Shown in pieces: positions 1 through 9,883 of a stretch of DNA of 64,000 nt. Source of the DNA: Alphaproteobacteria bacterium (GTDB lineage: Bacteria; Pseudomonadota; Alphaproteobacteria; SP197); assembly GCA_965228895.1 (NCBI GenBank), contig OZ245842.1, positions 4,096,001-4,160,000 of the forward strand, given 5' to 3'. Below the pieces are notes generated by a model. That model saw nothing but the letters and a program-made list of their open reading frames with translations, was not told where the DNA came from and made no database searches. Positions within the stretch are counted from its first letter, which is position 1, and every line of letters begins with the position of its first letter. The position numbers were made by a program, and so were the translations under genes.

Positions 1-1
1 G

Positions 2-247
2 GCGCGAAACCGCTGTACCGGCCGGGTGCTTAGCGCCCGTATCGATGACCGGCCGCTGGACGGCACCGCCGTCGACGTCATCGACTACACGGGCTGCACA
101 GTTCCGCTACGCCATATCCTGATCGACGGCGGCGGCCACACCTGGCCTGGCACCGGAGCACGGCTGGTCAACCTGATCACCGGACGCTCGAGCCGCGAGA
201 TCGACGGAAACGTCGCCATCTGGGCGTTCTTCGCCGCCCAGCCCTGA
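2..247 (+). CDS. C-terminal fragment of LpqC/PHB-depolymerase-like alpha/beta esterase (5' truncated by window edge)
   Basis: GGGHTWPG motif and terminal 'IWAFFA' are typical of the C-terminus of this esterase family. Confidence 0.65.
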   Translation, partial: ARNRCTGRVLSARIDDRPLDGTAVDVIDYTGCTVPLRHILIDGGGHTWPGTGARLVNLITGRSSREIDGNVAIWAFFAAQP

Positions 248-342
248 TCGCCCCCGTCATCTGCCGTCGGGCGGTGGACCGGCACGAAAGGACTGACCTT
301 CCGTGCCGGCACCACGTGGCCGTAACCGATTGATGCGGCCTT

Positions 343-1497
343 TCAGCAACGCAGGCGCAACAGGCCGAATGTTGCGGCGAGCACGGCATAGGACCCCGCC
401 AGCAAAAGGTAACCAGCCTGCCAGCCGACGGCCGCACCGACCGTCCCCACAACGAGTGGTCCGAGGAAGTAGCCGACACCCCACGCCACATAGTAGCCAC
501 CCGAGACCGTCGCTCTCAGGGACACATCGACGGTCTCGCAGAGATAGGCCATCGACGCGACGCAGAATGTGCCGAGTCCGATGCTGGCAAGCATGAACGG
601 TCCGTAAACCCAGGGATGGGGTGCCCACGGCAGCACACCGAAACCTAGTGCTGCAAAGGCAAGACCCGCCGCCATGAAGCGGTGCCGGCCGTGCCTGTCC
701 GACAGGGGACCGACGATCAGCTGGGCGACGCTGATCGAGAGATAGAACACGACAAAAAAGACACCGACATCCTGGTTGTCGAACGCCCTGTGAAGGACGA
801 GCGAGGCCGGCAGCACGCTGATCACGACACCGTATCCCGCGCCAAAGAGCAAGATGCCGACGAGCGCGATGATCGGACCGCTCGTGGTCAGAAGGCGCAC
901 GAGGTGACGCCACGACGGCACCGATCCGATGGCCCGCCCGGCATGCCTGGGCGTTCGCGCCAGGAAGACCAACACCGTGACGCCAGCCGCGAAACACAGG
1001 CCGGCAAAGACCAGAAAGGGACCGCTGCCTTCGCCTGTCGGAAACAGAAGAATGCCGAGCATTGGACCAGCCGTCAGACCACCATGGATCGCGGCGTTAT
1101 AGATGCCGATGGCCCTGCCCTTGGCCTCGGCATACATGAGCGATAGCAGGGCCGGACCCAGGGCCCAGACCGGTGCCTCGCCGACTCCCTGAATGAGACG
1201 GCCCAACAAAATGGCAACCGACGAACCGGCAAAGGCAAACACGAGGCCGGCGGCGCAACAAAAAGCACAGCCGATAACCAGGAAGGTCTTGGCGCCAAAC
1301 CGATCGGCCAGAGCACCAATCGGCAGCAGCACCAGGACATAAGACACCGCGAAGACCGAGGCGATAAGACCGACATCGCGCAACGATCCGGAAAACACCA
1401 GCATCCGCTGAGGCAAGATGGCAACGATCATGCCGACTCCAATCATCAGCAAGAACGCCGCAAGGCACACAACAAGGAGAGACCGTTCTCCCGACAT
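343..1497 (-). CDS. MFS transporter
   Basis: About 12 hydrophobic segments; motif A-like GALADRFGAK and GPLSDRHGR; ATG at 1497 preceded by GGAG. Confidence 0.9.
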   Translation of the reverse strand: MSGERSLLVVCLAAFLLMIGVGMIVAILPQRMLVFSGSLRDVGLIASVFAVSYVLVLLPIGALADRFGAKTFLVIGCAFCCAAGLVFAFAGSSVAILLGRLIQGVGEAPVWALGPALLSLMYAEAKGRAIGIYNAAIHGGLTAGPMLGILLFPTGEGSGPFLVFAGLCFAAGVTVLVFLARTPRHAGRAIGSVPSWRHLVRLLTTSGPIIALVGILLFGAGYGVVISVLPASLVLHRAFDNQDVGVFFVVFYLSISVAQLIVGPLSDRHGRHRFMAAGLAFAALGFGVLPWAPHPWVYGPFMLASIGLGTFCVASMAYLCETVDVSLRATVSGGYYVAWGVGYFLGPLVVGTVGAAVGWQAGYLLLAGSYAVLAATFGLLRLRC

Positions 1498-1728
1498 GAC
1501 ATGAACTCCACATAGGCGACCGCACGCCGCCGCATCGAAGCGGCGTCGATTTGGTCGCGATGACAATGTGAAGGGCTTGGGAAACCGACAGCGTATCGCC
1601 CGACCGCTTGCACACGGCGTGCGGCAACGGCGTCAATCAAGTCGATCGACAAACGCTAGTTAGCTATGTCCCTGCCTGCCCTTCGGCGAAGGGCGCGTGT
1701 GGCGGTCGAACCGCCCGATGACGACGCC

Positions 1729-1791
1729 CTAGAGCGCGTCCGGTGGTGGCGGGGAGGAAAGAGACATTCGAATGGTGAACGTCTGGTCCAT
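1729..1791 (-). other. Candidate 20-aa leader peptide (MDQTFTIRMSLSSPPPPDAL) upstream of the MFS gene
   Basis: ATG...TAG uORF with four consecutive Pro codons, followed by GC hairpins, co-oriented with the MFS gene. Confidence 0.4.
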
Positions 1792-1843
1792 AACCTGTCG
1801 GCCTTTGTGTGGCGTGATCATCTCGCCTAGGCGAGCGACAGCG

Positions 1844-1873
1844 GTTATAGCTTTTCGTGCGCCTGGCCGGCAA
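1844..1873 (-). promoter_or_regulatory. Possible sigma70 promoter for the leader/MFS transcript
   Basis: TTGCCG-N18-TATAAC on the minus strand, about 50 nt upstream of the uORF. Confidence 0.3.
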
Positions 1874-1998
1874 GCCCGATTGACCGGGAAATCCCAACGC
1901 GCAGGTTGAAGCGGGGGTGGTGCCGGCGAACCCGTCACGCTAGGGTCCATGCGGGGTCGAGGCACGACAGATACGGATCAATCCGCTAGGGGGACAGC

Positions 1999-3711
1999 AT
2001 GGCAGACTGCCACACCACGATCGGCGACTATCTTGGCCAGCGTCTGCGCGACATCGGTATCGAGCACTATTTCGCGGTTCCCGGCGACTACAACCTGATC
2101 CTGTTGGATGAGCTTTTGAAGGTCGACGGCCTGGAGATGATCGGCTGCTGCAACGAGCTCAATGCCGGTTATGCGGCCGACGGCTATGCGCGCGAACGCA
2201 ACGGTCCGTCAGCCCTGGTCGTGACGTTCAGCGTCGGCGGCCTGAGCGCGGTCAACGCTGTGGCCGGCGCCTATGCCGAGGACATGCCGCTGATCGCGAT
2301 CTCCGGCGGCCCCAACACCAATTCCGAAGCCGAGTACGAATATCTGCACCACTCGCTCGGCGAGCTCGACTACAAGTATCAGCGCGAGATCTTTTCGCGG
2401 GTCACGGTCGAAAGCGTCATCGTGACCGATCCCATGCGCGCGCCGATCCAGATAGACCGGGCCATCGAGACGGCGTTGAAGCTGCGCAAGCCGGTCTACA
2501 TCGAAATCGCGTGCAACATCGCCGGCGCGCTGACGTCCGAGCCGCCGAAACGGACGTTCACGCCCCACATTCCGAGCGACCCGGCCGCGCTGGAAGCCGC
2601 GGTCGAGCATGCCGCACGCTTGCTGAACGGCGCCGAAAAGCCGGTGCTGCTGGCCGGCGTCAAGATGCGGCCTGCCGGCGCGATCGAGGCGACGCGCAAG
2701 CTGCTGGATGCGACGTCCTATCCCGCGGCCAGCATGCCCAACGCCAAGTCGATGATCGAGGAGGATCATGATGGCTACATGGGGATCTATTGGGGTCCTG
2801 TGAGCGATCCCGGCTGTAGCGAAATTGTCGAGTCGGCCGATGTCTGTCTGGCCGTCGGGCCGGTCTTCACCGACTACACGACGACCGGCCATCGTGCCGC
2901 GCTCAATATTGATCACGTCATCAGGGTTGATCCGACCTGTGTCCGCTTCCCCGACATGGTCTACAGCCGGGTCGCAATGGCCGAGTTCCTGGAGGCGCTG
3001 ACGCCGAAGCTCAACAAGAACGATAGCGCGCTGGTCAACTATCGCCGCATCGCCGACACACCGCAGCCGCGCGCCGGTGACGCGTCAGACAAGGACCTGA
3101 CGGTCCGCTTCCTGTTCGATAGGGTACGCGACCTCATCACCAGCGACAGCACCTTGCTAGTCGAAACCGGCGATTCCTGGTTCAACGGCATGGACGTGCC
3201 GCTGCCCGGCGGCGCCCGGTTCGAAATCCAGATGCAATACGGCTCCATCGGCTGGTCTGTCGGCGCGGTGCTTGGCTATGCCATCTCGAACCCGGACAAA
3301 CGCCTGGTGGCCTGTATCGGCGACGGCTCGTTCCAGCTGACGGCGCAGGAAATCTCGACCATGATCCGCTACGGCATGAAGCCGATCATCTTCCTGATCA
3401 ACAACGGCGGTTACACGATCGAGGTCGAGATCCACGACGGCCCCTATAACGTCATCAACAACTGGAACTACACCGGCCTGATTGACGTCTTCAACAGCGA
3501 CAGCGGCAAGGGCTGGGCGACCAAGGTGACGACCGAGGCCGAGCTGGACGCCGCCGTCGAGAAGGCGACCCAGCATGACGGGCTTTCCTTCATCGAAGTC
3601 GTCATCGATCGCGACGACTGCAACAAGAACCTGCTGCGCTGGGGCAACCGTGTCGCGCGCAACAACGGCCGTCCGCCACGCTCGACCGGGGACTCGATCG
3701 GCACCCGCTGA
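1999..3711 (+). CDS. pdc: ThDP-dependent pyruvate decarboxylase (Zymomonas/Acetobacter type)
   Basis: FAVPGDYNL, CCNELNAGYAADGYAR, LHHSLG, GDGSFQLTAQE and NNGGYTIEVEIHDGPYN match recalled bacterial PDC motifs; GGGGA RBS. Confidence 0.8.
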   Translation: MADCHTTIGDYLGQRLRDIGIEHYFAVPGDYNLILLDELLKVDGLEMIGCCNELNAGYAADGYARERNGPSALVVTFSVGGLSAVNAVAGAYAEDMPLIAISGGPNTNSEAEYEYLHHSLGELDYKYQREIFSRVTVESVIVTDPMRAPIQIDRAIETALKLRKPVYIEIACNIAGALTSEPPKRTFTPHIPSDPAALEAAVEHAARLLNGAEKPVLLAGVKMRPAGAIEATRKLLDATSYPAASMPNAKSMIEEDHDGYMGIYWGPVSDPGCSEIVESADVCLAVGPVFTDYTTTGHRAALNIDHVIRVDPTCVRFPDMVYSRVAMAEFLEALTPKLNKNDSALVNYRRIADTPQPRAGDASDKDLTVRFLFDRVRDLITSDSTLLVETGDSWFNGMDVPLPGGARFEIQMQYGSIGWSVGAVLGYAISNPDKRLVACIGDGSFQLTAQEISTMIRYGMKPIIFLINNGGYTIEVEIHDGPYNVINNWNYTGLIDVFNSDSGKGWATKVTTEAELDAAVEKATQHDGLSFIEVVIDRDDCNKNLLRWGNRVARNNGRPPRSTGDSIGTR

Positions 3712-3733
3712 CACAGCGACCAGAAGAGGTGGC

Positions 3734-5557
3734 TCAGTCGGCCGCAGCCAGAGCCGGCGATGCCGACTGGATCGGCGGGAAATCGTCCGGTGTGATCGTC
3801 TCGCGTTCCAGCAACAGCTTGGCGCCGTCCTCAAGATCCGTGGCGTGCTTGCCGAGCAGCGCCTTGGCCTTGTCATAGGCCTCGTCAAGCAACTGGCGTA
3901 CCGCCAAGTCGACTTCGCGCGCGGTGGCTTCGGAATAGTCCTTGGGCCGCATGTTGACGATGTTGTCGCCGAGATAGCTTGAACGTTCGCCTTCCAGCAC
4001 CGCCTGGCCAAGCTCCGCTGTCATGCCGAAGCGCGTCACCAGTTGGCGCGCGACATCGGTCGCCTTGGCCAGGTCGTCGGCGGCGCCGGTCGAGATGTTG
4101 CCGAAGGTAATCTCCTCGGCCGCGCGGCCGGCGAGCAGCACGGTCATGCGATGCTTCAATTCGTCGGTCGTGATCAGGAACCGGTCCTCGGTCGGACGCT
4201 GCAGCGTGTAACCCAAAGCGCCGATAGAGCGCGGAATGATCGAGACCTTGTGCACGGGATCCATGCCGGGCAAGGACGCTGCGGCCAACGCGTGGCCCAT
4301 TTCGTGATAGGCGACGCGCTTGCGTTCTTCGGGCTTCAGCAGCCGGCTCTTTTGTTCCGAACCCGCGACGATCCGTTCGACCGCGTGCGTGAAGTCCTCC
4401 ATGATGACGTCGTTGCCGCCACGCCGCGTGGCGACGATCGCGGCCTCGTTGACCAGATTGGCCAGGTCGGCGCCGGTGAATCCCGCCGTGATGCCGGCGA
4501 TCACGTCAGGGTCGATCTCGGTGGCCGCTTCAATCTTCTTCAGATGCACCCTGAGGATCGCCGCGCGGCCGAGCTTGTCGGGCCGGTCGACCACCACCTG
4601 ACGGTCGAAACGTCCCGCGCGCAGCAGCGCGGGATCCAGGATTTCCGGCCGGTTGGTGGCGGCCAGCAACACGATGCCGCCACGCGGGTCAAAACCATCG
4701 AGCTCGGCCAGGAGCTGGTTCAGCGTCTGCTCCTTTTCGTCGTGGCCGCCCATGCCGCCGATGGCGGAGCGGGCGCGGCCGAGGGCATCGAGTTCATCGA
4801 TAAAGATGATGCACGGTGCGGCCTTGCGCGCCTGTTCGAAGAGATCCCGGACGCGCGCCGCGCCGACACCGACGAACATCTCGACGAATTCGGAGCCCGA
4901 GATGGAAAAGAACGGAACGCCCGCCTCACCAGCGACGGCACGCGCCAGAAGCGTTTTGCCGGTGCCGGGAGGCCCGACCAGTAAGGTTCCCTTGGGCACG
5001 TGGGCGCCCAGGCGTTCGTATTTCGACTTGTCGGTCAGGAACGCGACGACCTCCTGCAGCTCCGCCTTCGCCTCGTCGACACCGGCGACATCGGCGAACG
5101 TCACGCCGGTCTCCTTTTCGACATAGACCTTGGCCTTTGACTTGCCGACGCTCATCATGCCGCCGAAACCCTGCTTGTCAGCGACCTTGCGAAAGATGAA
5201 CAGCCACAGGCCCAGGAACAGCAGCATGGGCAGAATCCAGGCGAGGATCGACGACAGCCAGTTCTGGTCTGTGCCGCCGGTGATCTTGACGCCGTACTTT
5301 TCGAGCTCGGCCGCGAAATCGGGTTCAACCCGGTTGGTCCTGAAGAACTCCCGGCCATCCTGAGGCGAGACGAAACGGCCCTCGATCCGGGTCTCCGTCA
5401 CCGTCACCTCGGCGACCTTCCCATCTTGTAGTGCGGTCATGAACTCGCTGTAGGAAAGGTCGACGACCTGTTGGGCCGCGAACCAAAACTGAAAAGCAAA
5501 AATCATCGCGAATGCGATGATCAGGTAGACAAGATTAAACCGATGTTTTGGGTTCAC
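3734..5557 (-). CDS. ftsH: ATP-dependent zinc metalloprotease FtsH (probably a secondary paralog)
   Basis: Two N-terminal TM segments, Walker A GPPGTGKT, Walker B IIFIDE, SRH, HEMGH zinc motif. Confidence 0.95.
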   Translation of the reverse strand: MNPKHRFNLVYLIIAFAMIFAFQFWFAAQQVVDLSYSEFMTALQDGKVAEVTVTETRIEGRFVSPQDGREFFRTNRVEPDFAAELEKYGVKITGGTDQNWLSSILAWILPMLLFLGLWLFIFRKVADKQGFGGMMSVGKSKAKVYVEKETGVTFADVAGVDEAKAELQEVVAFLTDKSKYERLGAHVPKGTLLVGPPGTGKTLLARAVAGEAGVPFFSISGSEFVEMFVGVGAARVRDLFEQARKAAPCIIFIDELDALGRARSAIGGMGGHDEKEQTLNQLLAELDGFDPRGGIVLLAATNRPEILDPALLRAGRFDRQVVVDRPDKLGRAAILRVHLKKIEAATEIDPDVIAGITAGFTGADLANLVNEAAIVATRRGGNDVIMEDFTHAVERIVAGSEQKSRLLKPEERKRVAYHEMGHALAAASLPGMDPVHKVSIIPRSIGALGYTLQRPTEDRFLITTDELKHRMTVLLAGRAAEEITFGNISTGAADDLAKATDVARQLVTRFGMTAELGQAVLEGERSSYLGDNIVNMRPKDYSEATAREVDLAVRQLLDEAYDKAKALLGKHATDLEDGAKLLLERETITPDDFPPIQSASPALAAAD

Positions 5558-5606
5558 CGCCCGCGCTCCGGGGTGTTGTCGTTTGCTTTATCGCGCCTTT
5601 CCGGCG

Positions 5607-5879
5607 TCAGTCGTCGTCGACCGGCTCCTTGCCCATGACGCGCATCACGTCACCGGAGCTAATGTCGTCACTCGACATCAATTGCTTGACGATCGGGTCG
5701 GCAAGCACTTCGTCAAGCGCGGGTTCGCTCCGCAAATCGTCGCGGCCCTGGGCTTGGCGAACCAGCGCGTTCAACCTGTCGGCCTCAGGCGGCGTTGGAT
5801 CGGCGACACGTTGCGCCGATTCGGGACCGCGTACCGCGCGCAAGGCAAATCCGGTCAAGAAGTCCAGTTGTCGAATCAT
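5607..5879 (-). CDS. Small hypothetical protein (90 aa)
   Basis: ATG at 5879 after GGGGGA; C-terminal EPALDEVLADPIVKQLMSSD motif resembles small alphaproteobacterial hypotheticals; co-oriented with ftsH. Confidence 0.6.
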   Translation of the reverse strand: MIRQLDFLTGFALRAVRGPESAQRVADPTPPEADRLNALVRQAQGRDDLRSEPALDEVLADPIVKQLMSSDDISSGDVMRVMGKEPVDDD

Positions 5880-6050
5880 CGGCGTGCATCCCCCAATAGA
5901 TGCGCCGCCACGGCGATTTGCCTCATGGACCGGTCTTTGCGCCGATACCGCCGTCAGCGGGTGATATGCGCTCGACAAACCAATCGCGACACCCTTCGCC
6001 CGTTGTTCCAGGTGCCAGGGAAATCATAGCGCAGAGCCCGGTTCCACGGT

Positions 6051-6064
6051 TTGATTTCGATCAA
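6051..6064. promoter_or_regulatory. FNR/FixK-type binding site
   Basis: Perfect TTGAT-TTCG-ATCAA, extended by GGT/ACC flanks, in an intergenic region. Confidence 0.7.
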
Positions 6065-6135
6065 ACCCTGCGTTTTCAAAGGGTTACGCAGTCATAACGT
6101 GGACTAATGGGGGTCAGAGACCCGTTTTCGAGTCG

Positions 6136-7368
6136 CTAGGAAGCGCCGAACCGCGCGTAGTCGATGGCGGTATCCTTGTCGAGCGCACGGTCGACCGGCG
6201 CCATCGGGTACTTCAAGCCGGTGGCGCAGTTGTAGAGCACCGCCGTCTCGTCCGGCTTGACCCTGCCGTCGGCCAACGCGCGGGCATAGGCAGCAACCGT
6301 TGCGGCACCTTCCGGGCACAGCAAAAGGCCGTCTTCGGCGGCGACCTTGTCGCGGGCGGCGAGGATTTCGTCATCGGGTAGCGCCACGGCAAAACCGCCG
6401 GATTCGTTGACCGCGCGGATGATCAGGAAGTCACCGACGGCGATCGGCACACGGATACCGGCGGCAACCGTATGCGCGTCTTCCCACAGCGGCGCATGTT
6501 CCTCACCGGCTTCCCAGGCCCGCACGATGGGCGCACAGCCCTCTGCCTGCACCGCGACCATGCGCGGCATCGGCCCATCGATCCAGCCCATGGCTTTGAG
6601 CTCATGAAACGCCTTCCACATGCCGATCAGGCCGGTGCCACCGCCGGTCGGGTAGAAGATGACATCAGGCAAACGCCAGCCCAGCTGCTCGGCCAGTTCC
6701 AGCCCCATCGTCTTCTTGCCTTCGATGCGATAGGGCTCCTTCAAGGTCGAAACATCGAACCAGCCGACCGCCTCCTTGCCCTCACCGACAATGCGGCCGC
6801 AATCGTTGATCAGGCCGTTGACCTTCCAGACTTCCGCGCCCTGCTGCTGGATCTCGCGCACGTTGATGTCCGGCGTATCGGCGGGGCAGAAGACCGTCGC
6901 ACGCTGGCCGGCGCGGCGTGCGTAGGCCGCCATCGCGGCCCCGGCGTTGCCGTTGGTCGGGATTGCCAGGTGCTGCAGTCCGAACTCCTTGGCCATCGAC
7001 ACGGCCAGGCACAGCCCGCGGGCCTTGAACGAGCCGGTCGGCAGACGCCCCTCGTCCTTGATTATCGCCTTGCCCGGCTCTGCGCCAAACGCCGGTGCTG
7101 ACCGTTCAAGTGGGATCAGCGGTGTCACGACCTCGCCCAGTGAAACCCGGTTCTCCGGATTGGTCACCGGCAAGAAAGGCGCGTAACGCCAGAATCCCGG
7201 TGCCTTCGATGCTGCGATATCGTCCTTCGAGACGGCTGACGCCAACGCATCGAGATCGTAACGGACCAAGAGCGGACGACCGACCTCCGAAAGGCCATGA
7301 ACCCGACCGGCCTCATAGCGCTCGCCGGTCATCGAGCACTCCAGATGGGTCACGAATGTCTGCGTCAT
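6136..7368 (-). CDS. Threonine synthase-like PLP enzyme (fold type II)
   Basis: PTGSFKARG PLP lysine, PTNGNAG, RIEGKKT, PTGGGTG, CPEGA. Confidence 0.85.
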   Translation of the reverse strand: MTQTFVTHLECSMTGERYEAGRVHGLSEVGRPLLVRYDLDALASAVSKDDIAASKAPGFWRYAPFLPVTNPENRVSLGEVVTPLIPLERSAPAFGAEPGKAIIKDEGRLPTGSFKARGLCLAVSMAKEFGLQHLAIPTNGNAGAAMAAYARRAGQRATVFCPADTPDINVREIQQQGAEVWKVNGLINDCGRIVGEGKEAVGWFDVSTLKEPYRIEGKKTMGLELAEQLGWRLPDVIFYPTGGGTGLIGMWKAFHELKAMGWIDGPMPRMVAVQAEGCAPIVRAWEAGEEHAPLWEDAHTVAAGIRVPIAVGDFLIIRAVNESGGFAVALPDDEILAARDKVAAEDGLLLCPEGAATVAAYARALADGRVKPDETAVLYNCATGLKYPMAPVDRALDKDTAIDYARFGAS

Positions 7369-8591
7369 GTCAGGTCTGCCATTTCCTCAGCAACAATCTC
7401 GACGATCAATCGGCAATCGTCTTCGTCGAAGGTCAGCGGGACACGCATATCGCAGGTCTTCGACAGCACGGCCAGTGTCTTCGGCAAGGCAGGTTGTTCG
7501 CCCAGGTAATGCCAACTGTCATAGCGGCTGGTGAAACCGCGGGGTTCGTCGTCGCCGAACCACTTGAGCTCGACGCCACGGTCCAGGCAGCGCGCGACAA
7601 GCACCGGCACCTGGTCGTGCGGGAGACCTTCGGCGAAGAATTGGATGGAACTGCCGACATAGTCTTCGCGGCCATCGCGTTCGGGCACATGGACGCCCGG
7701 AATGGCGCGCAGACCGGCTTCCAGCACGCGATAGCGCGCGTTCCAGCGGGCGACCTGGTGGTCGAGATCGCCGAGTTGGGCGTTCAAGATGGCGGCACGC
7801 AGGTTGTCCATACGGCCGCTGAAGTTGGCCGTCTCCAGACGCACCTTGCGGAACACCTCTTCCGACGGCGCGGCGCCATGGCGTTCATAGAGCATGTACG
7901 ACCCCGAATGGACGATCGCGCGTGCGGCGATCTCCGGATCATCGGTGGTCAGCAACCCGCCCTCGCCCGAGTTGATGTGTTTGTAAGTCTGGGCGCTGAA
8001 ACAGGCGACCCGCCCGAAGTTGCCCGAGCGCACGCCGTCCCAGCGCGCGCCCATGGTGTGAGCGCAATCCTCGATCAGCGTGATGTCGAATTCGTCACAG
8101 ATCGCCACGATGGCCGCCATGTCGCCGATATGGCCGCGCATGTGGGAGAGCATCAGGAACCGCGCGCCGCTGGCCTCGGCCTTGGCCCTCAAGTCGTCGA
8201 GGTCGATGTGATAGCCGGCGTCGATCTCGATCAGCACCGGTATGCCGCCGGCGGCATGAATGGCGCCGGGTACGGGCGCCAGCGTATAGGCGTTGGCCAG
8301 CACCTTGTCGCCGGGTTTGAGGCCGGCCGAACGCATGGCGAGATGCAGCGCGTAGCCGCCGGACGTGCATGCCAGGCAATAGGCCGTGCCCTGAAAGGCG
8401 GCGTAGGCAGCCTCCAGCTTCGAGGCCTCGGAGACTTCGCCCGGCTCGGTGTTGTAGCGGTGCAGCCGGCCGGACTGCAGGACCTCGAGCGCGCGCGCGA
8501 TACCCGCTTCGGGAATCGGCTCCTGTTGCGTAAAGGACTTGGTGAAGCGCCGGGGCGGCGCCTCACTCGTAGCGTTTCTGCTCGTAGACAT
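7365..8591 (-). CDS. DegT/DnrJ/EryC1/StrS family PLP aminotransferase
   Basis: IEDCAH and FSAQTYKHINSGEGG motifs; ATG at 8591 with GGGAG RBS, overlapping the upstream gene end. Confidence 0.88.
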   Translation of the reverse strand: MSTSRNATSEAPPRRFTKSFTQQEPIPEAGIARALEVLQSGRLHRYNTEPGEVSEASKLEAAYAAFQGTAYCLACTSGGYALHLAMRSAGLKPGDKVLANAYTLAPVPGAIHAAGGIPVLIEIDAGYHIDLDDLRAKAEASGARFLMLSHMRGHIGDMAAIVAICDEFDITLIEDCAHTMGARWDGVRSGNFGRVACFSAQTYKHINSGEGGLLTTDDPEIAARAIVHSGSYMLYERHGAAPSEEVFRKVRLETANFSGRMDNLRAAILNAQLGDLDHQVARWNARYRVLEAGLRAIPGVHVPERDGREDYVGSSIQFFAEGLPHDQVPVLVARCLDRGVELKWFGDDEPRGFTSRYDSWHYLGEQPALPKTLAVLSKTCDMRVPLTFDEDDCRLIVEIVAEEMADLT

Positions 8592-9870
8592 CGAACTCCC
8601 AGTTCTGGCCGGGGTAGTACTTACGCAAGCGCCAGTCGCAGGCGCGCGCATGGCCTTCCATGCCCTCGATGCGAGAGATCCGCGATCCCGCCGCGCTGAA
8701 GGTCAGGTTCGCCGCTTCATCGAGCTGCTGATAGGTTAAGACCTTCATGAACTTCTGGACGTTCAGCCCGCCGGTGTAACGCGCCGCGCGCCTTGTCGGC
8801 AGGATGTGATTGGTGCCCGAACACTTGTCGCCATGGGTCACCGTGCTGCCCTCGCCCAAGAACAGCGAACCGTAGCAGCGCAGGTTGTCGCGCCACCAAT
8901 TGAGATCCTCGGCGATCACCTGCAGATGCTCCGGCGCGTATCGGTCGGCGACCGCGCAGGTTTCCTCGCGGCTGTCGCACACGACGATCTCGCCATAGTC
9001 GCGCCAGGCGTCGTGGACCACCTGCGGTTCCGGCATGTCATCGGCAACATCGGGCAGGATGCGCGTGACGGTCTCGGCGATGTCGCGCGATGTCGTGAAG
9101 AGCCAGACCGGCGAGTTCGGCCCATGCTCGGCCTGAGACACCAGGTCGACGGCGATGGTCATGGGATCGGCGCTGTCATCGGCGATGATCGCCGACTCGG
9201 TGGGCCCCGCGAAAAGATCAATGCCGACCTCGCCGAACAGCAGGCGCTTGGCTTCGGCGACATAGGCATTGCCGGGACCGGCCAGGATATCCGCCGGTCG
9301 GCAGCCAAAGAGACCGAACGCCATGGTCGCGATCGCATGAACGCCGCCCATCTCCAGGATCATGTCGGCACCGGCCAGGTCCATGGCAAACGCGACTGCC
9401 GGATCGATGGAATCGCCGCGCGGCGGCGAACTGGCAACCACCATGGGTACGCCCGCCACTTTCGACGTCGAGACGCTCATGATCGCTGATGCCGCATGGG
9501 CATAACGCCCGCCAGGCACATAACAGCCGGCGCAATCGACCGGCACCAACCGCTGACCCAGTTTGACGCCGGGCACGGTCTCGATCTCGAACCCGTGCAG
9601 ACTGTCACGCTGAGCTTCGGCAAAGCGGCGCACCTGGTCATGGGCAAACCGGATGTCGTCCTTGACCGTCTCCGGCACGGTCGCAATCAGATCCCGTCGT
9701 TTCTGATCGGACAACACGAAGTCGCCACCGCGCCCGTCAAATTTTTCAGCGTATTCGGCGACCGCCGCCTCACCACGCGCGCGGATGTCATCCAGCATCG
9801 ACGCCACCGTCGCTTTGACAGCGACATCGTCGGCTTCCGGTTCCCGCGCTGCCTTCTTGAAGTGGTCCAT
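8563..9870 (-). CDS. Histidinol dehydrogenase-family protein, HpsN (sulfopropanediol dehydrogenase)-like
   Basis: GCYVPGGRY, GPGNAYVAEAKR, AGPTE, SQAEH, APEHL, SGTNHILPT, EGMEGHA; not in a his operon. Confidence 0.85.
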   Translation of the reverse strand: MDHFKKAAREPEADDVAVKATVASMLDDIRARGEAAVAEYAEKFDGRGGDFVLSDQKRRDLIATVPETVKDDIRFAHDQVRRFAEAQRDSLHGFEIETVPGVKLGQRLVPVDCAGCYVPGGRYAHAASAIMSVSTSKVAGVPMVVASSPPRGDSIDPAVAFAMDLAGADMILEMGGVHAIATMAFGLFGCRPADILAGPGNAYVAEAKRLLFGEVGIDLFAGPTESAIIADDSADPMTIAVDLVSQAEHGPNSPVWLFTTSRDIAETVTRILPDVADDMPEPQVVHDAWRDYGEIVVCDSREETCAVADRYAPEHLQVIAEDLNWWRDNLRCYGSLFLGEGSTVTHGDKCSGTNHILPTRRAARYTGGLNVQKFMKVLTYQQLDEAANLTFSAAGSRISRIEGMEGHARACDWRLRKYYPGQNWEFDVYEQKRYE

Positions 9871-9883
9871 AACGTCGTTCCTT

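Noticed and set aside
1968-1981. Degenerate FNR-like site CAGAT-N4-ATCAA before pdc
   Set aside because: Two mismatches in one half-site, and too close to the start codon for an activating site
8563-9870. Calling this gene housekeeping hisD or definite hpsN
   Set aside because: There are no his or hpsOP/KLM neighbours; the family is clear but the substrate cannot be fixed by eye
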